Source: a virus (taxonomy: Duplodnaviria > Caudoviricetes). From it: a stretch of 64,000 nt of DNA. The stretch is from positions 1-64,000 of the IMG/VR virus record IMGVR_UViG_3300032038_009890; one strand, written 5' to 3'. The notes under the pieces were generated by a model. The model saw only the letters and a list, made by a program, of their open reading frames with translations, did not search any database and was not told the DNA's origin. The translations under genes were made by a program, and so were the position numbers. Below, in pieces: positions 40,926 to 53,326 of the stretch; position 1 is the first letter of the stretch; each line of letters begins with the position of its first letter.

Positions 40926-43900
40926 TTGGCGAATAAAATAACATCAGAGACAGTGCTGAATCCTTCTGGTGTTTTTGATATTAGTTCGTGCATAGTCACC
41001 GAAACTAAGAGTGATCTAATTATTTCTGACTGTATGTCTTAGATTACTAAATATGTATTTTAGTTCTGGATCAGATCTGAGAACTATAATTATAATATAA
41101 TTTTTAATTGTGACACAACATCCAAAGTAATTGCCGTCACACCAGAGTGGCAATACTTTTTCATAGTATTTGACGTAGAGAATATATCAAATATTATTCT
41201 GACATTTCCAAAAGGAAAGTTTTATGTCTATAACACTAAGCTAGAAATAGGTTCCTAGCCTACTGATTGGTCCCCGCATCCAGAAGACGGAAACTAGTTA
41301 TACAGAGAATTAAATGGAAAAGTTGAGCAAATGCTCATACAAAACACGTCTACTATTGATAGAATGACGAATCTTGTTGATAAAGTAAATATGACAATCG
41401 AGAATTCCATGTCTAGAACGGAGTACCAGACTTCGATCAATGGCATCTTATCTTCAATTGATGAAGACATGGAGAATCTAAAAGATGGAGAAAATAAATG
41501 GTATGTTACCATATATAATAAAGCCGACTTCAATAAGTTGACAAAACTACCAGATGAAGAGACTGACTGGAGTGATATTGATAATCCTAATCAATCTGAT
41601 GACGAGCCAGATGATCCATCTCCCACAGAAGAACCAGATGATATAGATACTTTGGAAGCCGATGATCGTGATAGATATGACATGAAGATATTTATGCTAG
41701 AAAATGGCGATCTTAATCCTGTAGATGAATATGCAGTTGATGATAATAACATTGCCATGCGTATAGACGGCAAAGGTAGAGTAATATATTATTACACGTT
41801 CGTAAAGTTCGGCAAAGATTATAAGGCAACTTTGAGTTGTTCTTTCAGGAAAGCTACTTGTTATCTAAATGGAACGCAACTTATCAGTGAAAGCATTATA
41901 GACACGATGGATGTTATATTTGATTTCAAAGCTGGCTGGAATTTAATAGAGATTATATCTAATGAAGGTAATTTCTCGTTCAAAAACCCTATATCTAAAA
42001 TGGCCGAATGTCTGCGGATGAATTACGCAGTTGCTGTACCTACTAGCAGAAACGTAAAGATGCAGGTAAAAGGATCTGGTATATATCAGAACCTAGATAG
42101 GATATTATCAGAAGTATATAAATACGAAATAGAATACTATACTGATTCTAATGGATAGCGTAAATCTCGTAAAGTAATGAAACAAAGTCGTATTAAATAG
42201 ACGGCTGATATGATTCAACTTTTGGTTAAGGATATTTTTGGTAATTACTCCGAGTTTACACTTACTCCACAGTTTATTCAAGCCATCACACAGCAATTTA
42301 TTGTGACAGATCCGATAACTGGAGAAAGAGTAATTATCTAGAATGGATAGATTTAGGCAAACAGTATAGATTCTACCCTATTATCTACTGATGCTATCAG
42401 GTCAAGAAACTTTGATGGTGGTGTAGTAAAACAACGAGAAGCAATAGATCCAGATACTGGTGAAACTGTTATGGAGGATTATATAGATCTAGATGATATT
42501 GATTTTGATCCAGAAAAAAATAGAATCTTTCCTGCTCATGGTACTTTTTTAGACTTGGCAAATGGGAACTACTATTCTCCAAGTCTTGTCGTGATAAACG
42601 AATACAAAAAGCAAGTTGAAGACGAAGAAGCTACTGGTGGCGTGAGAGTTATAGATGTGACAAATAAAGCCTACTTTAAAGGAGACGTCTACGCAGATAC
42701 TTTTACCACTAACTCTGGTAACATTGGGCCTTGGCATATAACTGATACTGCGCTTTATAGAGGTATCGATGCTCTTGGACAAAGAGATATTACTTCTCAG
42801 GATCGTTCCTATAATGCTTATATGGGAGACCTAGGATTTTCGATAAGTGATGCTATTGTCTATGATGCAAATACGAATTCTTTGACGCTTAGGCCAAACT
42901 CGTTAGAACTAAGCGCTCCAGATGTTTAGGCTATAACTTTCTAGGCAGTCAACGGGAATACTATATATTATCGTTAGAGTGGCGTTCCTGTTGCGGGAAA
43001 TAATCCAAATGAACCCGCGATGTACTGGAATGAGGGCGAATACTCCTCTCATCTGGATGAATTGTGCTATAGAATTGATACTGGTGAGTTATATCGCTTT
43101 GAGAAACTAAAGAATTCTCAAGGTAATTCGGTATTATATGTGATCAATTTTAATTCAAACAGTAAGCTTCGCGTTGGTTCATCTTCTCCCATTGATTACG
43201 TAGAAATATATTATGTTTATAATAAAAAGACATATAGAGTCGCAACACGTCTTGCTTCTCAAAATAGTTTTTAGAATGCGCCAATCATTATTCCTACTGA
43301 TGATTTTTATGTATATCTTCACATCGAGGATTATGCTTCATCTGGTCTAATAGATTACTATGGTTTTAAAATTGATTCAGTTACTACGACAACAGGAACA
43401 GCAACAGCGACGGTTTCGATTGTGGATTCTGAAAAGCGTTAGACAATCAACACAGAAGATGCAGAGCATTCTGGTAATGTTACATTGGCAATTAATTCTA
43501 ATCTTCCTTATTGTTCTATGGAGAGACTAGAAACCGGAATATTCCCGTAGACAACGCACCCATATGCACAGAAGTCGTTTGATAAGGTATGGCATGTTAA
43601 ATCAGGAATTAGTAGCTTAGAATCTTATCAGTGGGTAAAGATAGAGAATGCTGAGCTAATTGAAGCGGCGGCAAATGCAAGAAAAGCTTTAAGTTTTATG
43701 CATTACGATGCAACGAATGGGCTTATTTTTCATAATGGGGTTGCAAAGAATATGCCTAATGATACATGGACAGTCAATGATTTGCAGAAACTAGACGGTG
43801 GGAATGCACGACTTACTACTTCTGGAATGGATATATATAATGGCAATACACTTCTTGCACATTATGGAAATACAACAGAATTCTATAAATATACGAATGG

Positions 43901-46184
43901 GAACAAATATACTGCCGCAACGCTTGGAGCCAATGGTTTTTCTATTTATGACGGTACTATTTCACTTGGTACTTTAACATCTCTTAACTTTGGTAATACT
44001 AATCAAAAAGGTTTATATATTAATAACAATGGGTTATTTACTGTTGGCAATAAGTAGTCATACATTAAGTATGATGGAGAAAATATTATTATTAATGCCA
44101 GTAGTATTTCTTTTGGTGACGATAGTCAAGAGATTATGACGGTTATAAATGATTTACAATCTCAAGTTGATGACAATTCTGTATCTTTGGATCATAATAT
44201 GCGCTTCCATGGAAATGGTGTTCCTACTAATTCGAATTATCCAGAAGAAGATTGGCAAACTGGAGCAGATAAAGATAAATATGTCGGAAGCCTATACTAT
44301 GATTTGTTAACAGGAAAGAAATATTATTATCTAAAGACTGATAATTTATAGCTTAATTTTACGTTATCAGTTCAAGAAGGTAATATTTCTGGTGACTATA
44401 TTGGAATATTTTATGATTTGGATGGTGTTACATATTCAAAAAGAATAAACGTTTCCGATATTGCGAATTCGGATAAAAGTGCTATCGTTGGTTCCACTAG
44501 ATTTAAGGTTGTATATTATTCATCTTATTCGACTACTTCCTCGCATAAGTGTACAATCATGATGCGGGAAGAAAAAACAAAAAATAATGCTTTTGAAACT
44601 ACCGATTTAGAATTTCCAAGTGATGTTATATTTGATGGACAATCAAATTATACAATAGCTTTAAGCGGATCATATCTAAACAATGATTTGAACGGTAATA
44701 CTAGATATCGTATTTATGATACAATTGATGATGATATTTATGAATGGATAGAGCTATAGGATGAGGATATTGCAACTGCGAATACGAATGCTACAAATGC
44801 GCTAAATTTAGCTAATCAAGTTGATGCTAATAATTATTTCTTTATGTCTACTTATGGTCTTGCAGTTACTCCAGTACGCATTAGGAACGTAAATCAATTA
44901 AACGAACTGTTGGCCCCTTACGTAAATCTGACCAATAGTGCGTTGTAGATTATTTAGGACGGTCATATGATCGCTTCGTATGGAGAAACCACTACTTTTT
45001 ATAACTCTAGCGGAACTGTGTCTGCGACGTTGGGTAGTAATGGGTTTAGTATAAGTAATGGGAATGCCGGTGGTATACATATTATTAATGATAGAATATA
45101 TTCTGGTAGTCATTTGAATATAAATGATACTGCCAATGGATTCTGCTTTTTGGACGATGGGTCAATTAGCATTGGTAATTCAAGTAATTATATAAAGTTT
45201 GTAAATGGAAATCTTTCTATATCGATAGGTAATTAGGATATAAATGCTGTGCTTTCTGAGGCTTCGAATGCAGGTAAAACGGCTACTAATTATCTATTTG
45301 AAAGTAATGGATTGATTGTCGCACCTAATGCAAATTATTCATCTTCTTCTTATTTACATATAGGTTCCAGTAGTATTGATATATATTCTAATGGTAATAA
45401 AGCTGTTACATATGGAACGAATATTTAGTTCTTTTCCAAAGGAAGCATTGACTTCTTAGAGTATTATCCAGATTTAAACGTTTCCGAGGAGCTATTATGG
45501 ATAGATTCTAATGGTATAAACTTTGCAAATAATTATAACATAAATATAGATGGAATCTATTACGGGAATGATTTAATATTAAATAGGCTTACATCTACTG
45601 TTACATGTAGGTCTGTTAGCATGTATTTAAATACAACCAATACGTCAGAGGTATTATCTCTTTCTGCATCAAACGGGCTTTCCTATACCAATGGTGCATA
45701 TTATAGAATGACTGGATTTCATCTATCAAATTCATTATATGGAAATGGAACGTCAGGAGAATTAAGTTGTACCACTTTATATGCCGATAATATTTATTAT
45801 AACAATGTGGTTGAAAAGTTAGAAGGAGAAGATCTTTCTGATGAACGTTTTAAAAATATAGTAAACTATGATAATGATAAATACAAACAATTATTCATGT
45901 CTATAAATCCTATTGAATTTACATGGATTGATTCTCATGATGAAGATATACATATTGGTGTTGGCGCACAAACCATATTATATAGTTTGAATAAATTGCA
46001 AATTGAGAATTCATCTTTTGTTAAGTATTCTGGCGTCATTGATAGGTATAGTGTTAATTATAAGGAATTAATGTTCATGTCTATTCCAATAGTACAAGAA
46101 CATGAATTAGAAATATAGTCTCTTAAATCAGAAATCGAGTCACTTAAAGGTGAAATCAAACGCCTAAGAGAGAAGGTGAAATAA
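40926..46184 (+). CDS. tail fibre/spike protein with C-terminal intramolecular chaperone (Peptidase S74-like), 1752 aa (TAG=Gln)
   Basis: GGAGGTG RBS and TTG start; KLEIGSQPTDWSPHPED motif; C-terminal LSDERFK...FTW...IGVGAQ...YSVNY followed by a coiled coil; one frame to TAA. Confidence 0.85.
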
Positions 46185-46381
46185 TGAACTGGACAAGAAT
46201 TAAGAATGATACTCCCCTACTCTTTTCTTTGGGCGATGACGCTGATGTGATTGGTGTGTTGTAGCATACCTATGGCGTGAAGATTTTGGAGGATTGTGGC
46301 GAGTTGTATTATGTATTCTCGCCGGATTTTAATAGGAATGGATATGTTTTAAAAGAAGATGTGATAGAAACACATTTGTGA
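46184..46381 (+). CDS. small protein, possibly SH3b-like, 65 aa (TAG=Gln)
   Basis: TAATG overlap with the fibre gene; VIGVL...VKIL...YYV...GYV pattern. Confidence 0.55.
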
Positions 46382-46395
46382 ATATAGGGAGAATT

Positions 46396-47331
46396 ATGGA
46401 AAATAATTATAAAATTTATGCTTATGTAAATAAAATAAACGGAAAGATTTATATTGGTCAAACAAAACAATCTTTAAATGCTAGAGCTGGGAAAGAAGGA
46501 AAAGGATATAGGTAGTGTGTACTATTTTATAACGCTATTTCGAAATATGGATTTACCAATTTTATACCTATAGTACTAATAGAAGGATTAAATAAAGATA
46601 CAGCTGATTATTTAGAAATATCATTAATCGAAGAATTTAATTCAACTAATCCAGATTATGGATATAATATCTCAAAAGGAGGTCAATACTCTACAAACGG
46701 AATTGATATAAGTGGTCAAAGATTTGGAAAATTAATTGCTAGACACATAGTTGATGATCCAAGAAGAGGAAGATATTGGTATTGTGATTGTGATTGTGGA
46801 GGACATTCTATTGTTAGATAGGAACATTTGCGAGATGGCACAACTACTGCATGCACAGATTGCACGTTAAATAGTTTACATGTTATTCCTAACAAAATCG
46901 AAATAATTGATGATAATACTATTAAAGTTTTAATGACAGATGGGTCTTTTTTAATCGATTCAGAAACATATAATAATATAAAGTAGTACAGATGGTATAG
47001 GTCGGGTGAATATGGAGTTTCTTCAACTACGGAGGAAAGAAAATTGTTGTTGAAATATTTATTTCCAAGCATAAATAGGAATAATATTTCCAGATATGTT
47101 AAATTTAAAGATAATAACAGATTTAATTATTGCAAGGATAATTTATATGTAGAAATACCAAAAAATGCTTCGAAAAATGATTGGTATTTATTTTTGAACG
47201 AAAATAATACTTATATTCATTTTATTAGGCATTCGTCAAACAGACCTTGGCGTAATGTTAAATTAAACCAATCGTTTCATACTTATAATGAAGCAAAATT
47301 AGCTAGAAAGGAGTGTGATATAGATGGCTAA
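46396..47331 (+). CDS. free-standing GIY-YIG homing endonuclease with a Cys-rich C-terminal module, 311 aa (TAG=Gln)
   Basis: KIYAYVNKINGKIYIGQT...FYNAISKYG...E...GYN, then DISGQRFGKL...WYCDCDCG; three TAG; TAA stop overlaps the endolysin start. Confidence 0.85.
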
Positions 47332-48880
47332 TATTTCAGCTGAACAATGGCAAATATTATTAAATATCTTAGGAGCCGTAGAAACTGGCGGACAGATTTA
47401 TGGTCAAAGAGATTATGGTGATTATACCGAAGCTTATACGAATAATATTGCAGAGAACTCTATTACTATCGGTGCTTATTAGGAATTTAGTTCTCTTGCT
47501 AAAGGACTTCTTTAGGAAATTAAAGATAAATATCCAGATGTTTTTGTTCAATATGATAATGCAGGTATTGCTAATGATTTACAAAAGTTTTCTTGGGTTG
47601 GTTATAATCCAAGCAAATCTTCTGCAAAAGCAAAAGCAATCGTTAATATAATTAACTCTACTGAAGGGCGCAAGGTACAAGATGATAGATTCATCCGATA
47701 GATGAAAGAACATATTGCGCTAGGCGAAAAGTTAGGTGTAAATGATGTGGATGCTCTCTTTGAAATCTGTAATATTTCACACTAGGGCGGTGATGGTGCT
47801 GTTAAGCGAATTATCTCCAAAACTTAGAAGCCTTATACTTTAGACCATATTTATCAAGCACTTTGTACGGATAATGTTCCAAATCAAGTTGGAACCTACA
47901 AAAATCGTCAATCAAAAGTTTATCAGTGGCTCAAGTAGTATATGCCAAAGCAATAGACTCGGCAGACTGTCGTATACAACATCAATCGTGGAACTAGCGT
48001 AGATGATGCACTTAACGTGGCTCGTGGATGGCTTGGACTTTCAAAAGCAAATGGTTCTCATCGAGTAATTATAGATACTTATAACTCTTATCTTCCACAT
48101 CCAAGATCCTACGCTGTAACCTATACAGACGACTATTGTGCTACAACCATCAGTGCAATCTTCGTAAAACTCAATGCTGTCAATTTAATAGGTAATATCG
48201 AATGTTCTGTAGAACGCATGATTGAAGATTGCTTTAAGCCAATCGGGATTTGGATAGAAGATGAATCTAAAAATCTTCCGCAAAAGGGAGACATTATTTG
48301 TTTCAATTGGGACAGCAATTAGCCAAACTCAGATAATTAGGGTTGGGCAGATCATGTTGGTATCATTGAGGATGTTTCTAATGGAATTATCACTACTATA
48401 GAAGGCAATACTTCTGGTGGTGTCGTTGCTCGTAAGCAATATCCTATAAACTACAGTTTTATCAGGGGTTTCGCTCGTCCGAAATATGGCTCAGATTCCT
48501 CGACAACTCCTACCATAGAAGACATGCCTGTATAGCCCACTATAGAGATCTTAGACCCGGTTCCCACTCCTACTCAACAAACTGTCCGGCCCACTCCCGC
48601 AACGCCGTCTCAGACCCCTTCTGGCTCGTCTACGGTGACTTCTAGTGGCCTGAGTAAGGAGAGGAAATTTTGGGGAGTATGCGTGGCAGATGCACTTAAT
48701 GTGAGGAAATATGCGGGGAAAGAATATTCAATTCTTCAGAGTATTCCTATGATTTATTATGGTCAAGAAGTTGAAGTACTAGATACCGTAAAAGCAAATG
48801 ATGGAAAGGAATGGTACTATATTCGGATTAACGGGACAACTTACGGCTTCGCATCTGCCGAGTACATCGTAAAGAAATGA
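47324..48880 (+). CDS. endolysin: lysozyme-like domain + CHAP + SH3b, 518 aa (TAG=Gln)
   Basis: AAGGAG RBS; N-terminal AVETGG...TIGAYQ...HQGG; CHAP YCAT...GDIICF...DHVGI...TIEGN; Pro/Thr linker; SH3b ALNVR...WYYIRI...GF; ten in-frame TAG. Confidence 0.88.
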
Positions 48881-48941
48881 CAAAGAAGAAAGTATGAAAA
48901 AGAAAAGGTAACTATGTCATAACGAAGAAGGTGGTGATGGA

Positions 48942-49493
48942 ATGCAGGAAGTCGAAGAGGTCGTTGAAATGGCGACTACTCAAGGTAACAATAATATTAT
49001 TGTAACTATTATAGTATTGCTTATAGCAATTGTATTTGTTGCTGAACACATAATGAAATTTAGAGAGATTTTTGGAATTCGTACCAAATGGGATGATCAT
49101 GAACAATAGCAAACAAAAGAAATATTAGAGCTTAAATAGGAAGTCGTAAAAATTAAGCAAGAGGTTGAAGATATCAAAAGCACTAATAAACATGATACAA
49201 ATAAACGAATTGAATTTGAAGAATGCGTGACTAAGTCACTGAATACAATAAAAAATGATATGCTTGACGAAAAGATTTAGCGCATGAGGTCTGAAATACT
49301 AGACTTTGCGGCAGGTCTGAAGATAAAAGATTACAACGAAGAAAGCTTCTCACATATTTTTGATGTTTATTCTAGGTATAACAAGGTTATCCGTGAGAAT
49401 AATATGACTAATGGGTATGTTGATCTTAATATGGATAAAATTAGAAATGACTATGCTCTAAGACATAATAACACCCAATATGTGGAAGAGTGA
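48942..49493 (+). CDS. membrane-anchored lysis-cassette protein (holin-like), 183 aa (TAG=Gln)
   Basis: One N-terminal TM helix, a coiled coil and an RSEILDFA...Y...NG domain; directly after the endolysin. Confidence 0.7.
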
Positions 49494-49496
49494 TAA

Positions 49497-49522
49497 AGGG
49501 GGCAGTAGTAATACTGTCCCTT
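49497..49522 (+). terminator. stem-loop, possible terminator
   Basis: AAGGGGGCAGTA-gtaa-TACTGTCCCTT; U-tract is weak. Confidence 0.5.
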
Positions 49523-49543
49523 GATATAAAGGATGTGATATAA

Positions 49544-49789
49544 ATGAGTGAAAAGAAAAAGATAAAGTTTACCTCACTGATTGTCGCCCTTGTTCTTATT
49601 GAGGCGGCAATTCTTACGGGTATATATGTCTGGGTATTCTGTACTTATGGACATGTTCCAGACACACTTATAGTCGCAACTTTTGGATTCCTTGGCACAG
49701 AATTAGGGATTTGCGGGGGTGTAACCATGAATGGAAACAAGTATGATTATTTAAATAATAGTATTCCACCACAAGGAGGTGTTGGATAA
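49544..49789 (+). CDS. small two-TM membrane protein (holin-like)
   Basis: Basic N-terminus and two hydrophobic helices; in the lysis cassette. Confidence 0.7.
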   Translation: MSEKKKIKFTSLIVALVLIEAAILTGIYVWVFCTYGHVPDTLIVATFGFLGTELGICGGVTMNGNKYDYLNNSIPPQGGVG

Positions 49790-50098
49790 ATGGAAAATGG
49801 TATGATTCTCTTAGCAATTACAACTGCACTTACTTCTCTCGCTACGGAAGGCGTAAAAAAGACCTTACATCTTTCTTCTGATAAGGTTTCGTACAATATT
49901 CTTGTACTTGTAATTTCAGTCATCAGTGCTTTGCTTGTTGGATTTGGATATATTATTTTAGCAGATATTGTGATTACTGCTAAAGTCGTAGTTTATCTTG
50001 TTGCTTTGACGCTTATGTCCGCACTTGCTGCAAGTACGAGTTACGACAAATTAATACAAACGCTTAAACAATTAGATTTTTTGAAGAATCAAAAATAA
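49790..50098 (+). CDS. holin (about three TM)
   Basis: 102 aa; TEGVKK and SYDKLIQTLKQ motifs; three hydrophobic segments. Confidence 0.75.
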   Translation: MENGMILLAITTALTSLATEGVKKTLHLSSDKVSYNILVLVISVISALLVGFGYIILADIVITAKVVVYLVALTLMSALAASTSYDKLIQTLKQLDFLKNQK

Positions 50099-50154
50099 AG
50101 GAGATAAAATGGATAAACAGATTTTTAACGGAACAACCAATTAGAGATCATATT

Positions 50155-51450
50155 ATGAATAAATATTTGATTGAAAATGTAAATAGTGACGATGTTGATT
50201 TTGATCATGTGAATGATGATTTACCGAGGTATGGTGAAGGGTTTGATTATAATGGAGAGAAGTCGAATTGGTGTGTATATGCACATATAAATAAGACAAA
50301 TGAAAAAATATATATTGGGATTAGTTCAAATTTAAAACATAGATGGAGTAATGGTGGAAACAAATATTGTGGCTGTGATGCGTTTTATAACGCTATACAA
50401 AAATATGGATTTGATGGGTTTAAACATATTGTCATAATAAATGGACTAACAGAATCTATGGCTCGTCTTATAGAGGATGATTTAATCAAAAAGTATAATA
50501 CTCTGGTTTGGAAAGAAGATGGCAATGGATATAATATAAGCTTTGAATATTTGTTTGGTCGTAAAAAAGAAAAAGGAATGGAATTACATAGGTACAAATA
50601 TTATCAATACGATTTAAATGGTATTTATATTCAATCATTTGATAGTTTAGTATAGATTAATAATTTATTTAATGTTAGTTTTGGAAATAAATGCGTTAAG
50701 CGTTGCTTAGAAAGAGAACATCATTTTGCTTTTGGTTTTTTATGGTCAACTACATTTTATGAATAGCTTGATCCTTTCAGGCCAACTGATATAAAATTCT
50801 GCGATGAATATCATAAACCAACGCATGATAAATACGGTCAAATTGTACAGTTATCTATTGATGGTAATTTAGTAAAAACATATAATAATGTATATCATTA
50901 TACTTTCGATTCTATAATCATGGATTCAGTTTTAAAATGTTGCAGAAATATTAAGCATACATATAATGGTTATATATGGATGTTTATAAGCGATTATTCA
51001 AATCAAGATATTCTGTTTAATAGAATTTAGTTAGCTAGTGATGAATATAAAAAATTTTCCAATAATCTTGTACGTTCTCAATCAAAAGCTGTTTTAGCCA
51101 GAAATATAAGCAACAATAACACTATTCAATTTGATAGTATATCTGATGCGTCTAGACAAACCGGATATCCTCAACAGTCTATTTCAAATGCATGTAAAAA
51201 CAACTCAATTTATAAAGGATATTCTTGGTCGTTTTTAAATAATTCATCGTCAAAGATATCAAAAAGGCGTGTAGTTCAAATTGATATTCGCAGTAATGAA
51301 ATAATTAATATATTTGATAGTATTACTGATGCTAATAATTACATAAAAGTTAGCAAAGCTTCCTCTGAAATAAGTGCTTGTTGTAGAGGAAAGCGAAAAA
51401 CATCATATGGATATATATGGAAATATTATGAAGATATTATAAAGGAGTGA
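50155..51450 (+). CDS. free-standing GIY-YIG homing endonuclease with four NUMOD1-like repeats, 431 aa (TAG=Gln)
   Basis: CVYAHINKTNEKIYIG...FYNAIQKYG...GYN, then four Q...FDS...C...G[FY]xW modules; three TAG; TGA stop. Confidence 0.85.
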
Positions 51451-51455
51451 TAAGT

Positions 51456-51977
51456 ATGAAACTTAAAGCAACCCCCAATATTAAAGGGAGCATTGTAGAA
51501 ACTACAGTGTCCATAGATGATTTTGGTTCTTCAGAATATTCCGCAGAGGAAGAAAAGGAATTGTTCGAAGACTACTCGATGATATTAGACTACGGAAAGT
51601 TGCTGTTTTCTAGGTGGGTAACCGTAGATGGCCACAAAAACCCAGTAATCGTAGAAGCTCCTCAAGAGCAAGAGCCAACTAACGAACCTCCAACGGAACC
51701 CACAGAAGAAACTACTGGGCCAGATAACATTGTACTTGCAATGCCGATTGGTGAATCTTACGAACTTGATGCAGATTTTGAACTTCATTACGCTGTAGAT
51801 GTGCGCGCTCTTGGTGACCAGTATAAGATGTTTAAAAATATCAAGGATAACGTATGTTTAGCTAAGGCTATGTGTTTAGTTTTTGAAGATTGTATTATTT
51901 CCTATATCAAAGATCAGTTTGAAATTGCCAAGACTCATAAAGACGATTTTGAAACTGTTCGTTATTATGAGATTTAA
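51456..51977 (+). CDS. hypothetical protein, 173 aa
   Basis: AAGGAG RBS favours ATG51456; no TAG; TAA stop. Confidence 0.75.
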   Translation: MKLKATPNIKGSIVETTVSIDDFGSSEYSAEEEKELFEDYSMILDYGKLLFSRWVTVDGHKNPVIVEAPQEQEPTNEPPTEPTEETTGPDNIVLAMPIGESYELDADFELHYAVDVRALGDQYKMFKNIKDNVCLAKAMCLVFEDCIISYIKDQFEIAKTHKDDFETVRYYEI

Positions 51978-52010
51978 TTACCCTTATGTATCAGAAAGAA
52001 GGTGATATAA

Positions 52011-52988
52011 TTGGATTACCATTACACAGATTATATAATTACCCAAGAAGGAACAAACTTAACTACGGATTCAGCCATCAAACTTTAGAAGATGGAGAAT
52101 AAAGTCACCCGTTTCATTTTTAAGCTAGAGGATTGGCTTCCTGAAACTGCACGTCTTTATGTTGCATTTCTCAATCCAGAAACAAAGCGCTATCATTATG
52201 AGCCTTTGCTTAATAATGGAGAGGATTACTACTATGTTGTAGGAACGAAGCTATCTTATTATCCTAGTAAACACAAAATGTTGCTTATTGGCGTAACTCC
52301 TTCGTTTATTTTAGATGACAATGTTATTTTGGATATAACGAATACTGTATATGTATCAAGAGAATTCAATAAAATAGTTGTCATTGATAATTTCATTTCC
52401 GATGAAGCAAGAGAGCTTTCATATCCAAATATAGAGTATGCCCTCGATGATTTTATGAGCATTTACAATACAAATATAATGCTTTCTATTTAGACGGCAG
52501 ATGATGCGACTAAATGTGATGAAGACATTAAACGTTGCGAGGAAATTCTTGTTACATGCACCGAAATTCAAGAAGAATGCGATGCTGATGTAGGAACATG
52601 CTCTAACGCTGTAATCACTTGTACAGAGTTAGAAGAACAGTGCCGACAAGATAATGAAGAAGCCAGTGAGATACTTGCATAGAATAGAGAAACATTAGTT
52701 TCTTGTAATACCATTCTTAATTAGGCACAACAGAGTTTTGATTCATGTATTGTTCAGGCTCAAAACGCAGCTAACTCGGCATCTTCAGCCAATGCTGCTT
52801 CTAACAATGCTAGTTCTACACTTACACAATGCAGAAATATGCTTACTCAATGCCAACAAGTTTTAACACAAGTAAATCAAATGGTGGCTACTCTACAAAC
52901 GAATTATGACACATATCTTTCTCAAATGAGATAGGAATATGAAACTATGATGGAAAATCTTAGAAATGCTGGAGGAGGTGAGCCGTAA
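52011..52988 (+). CDS. BppU-like baseplate/fibre protein with a Cys-heptad coiled coil, 325 aa (TAG=Gln)
   Basis: AAGGTG RBS and TTG start; beta-rich N-terminus (ENKVTRFIF); heptad register continues through the TAGs; TAATG overlap with the next gene. Confidence 0.75.
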
Positions 52989-53326
52989 TGTATGTTATCA
53001 ATGAAATATCTAAACATCAAACTGATATCTCAATTATTAAAGGAGATACATTTAGAGAATTAATTCGTATTTCTGACGAAGCTAGGCTCACCTATGTTCC
53101 TGAAGCCGCAGATAAAATCATTTTCTATGTATATAATAAATATACTGACGAAAAACCTTTGTTTGAAAAAGAAATACCATATAATTCAATGGTGTTATAG
53201 TTATCAGCAAAGGAAACTAGTAAGATGAAATTAGGTAAGTATGTGTATAAAATTATACTAAACAGAAGAAATGGTGATAAAGATACGTATTTACATGGTA
53301 GTTTTAACGTTGAGGGGGTGATTTAA
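52988..53326 (+). CDS. small Ig-like baseplate/fibre adaptor, 112 aa (TAG=Gln)
   Basis: ISIIKGDT...ETSKMKLGKYVY...DT...GSFNV pattern; one TAG; TAA stop. Confidence 0.7.
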
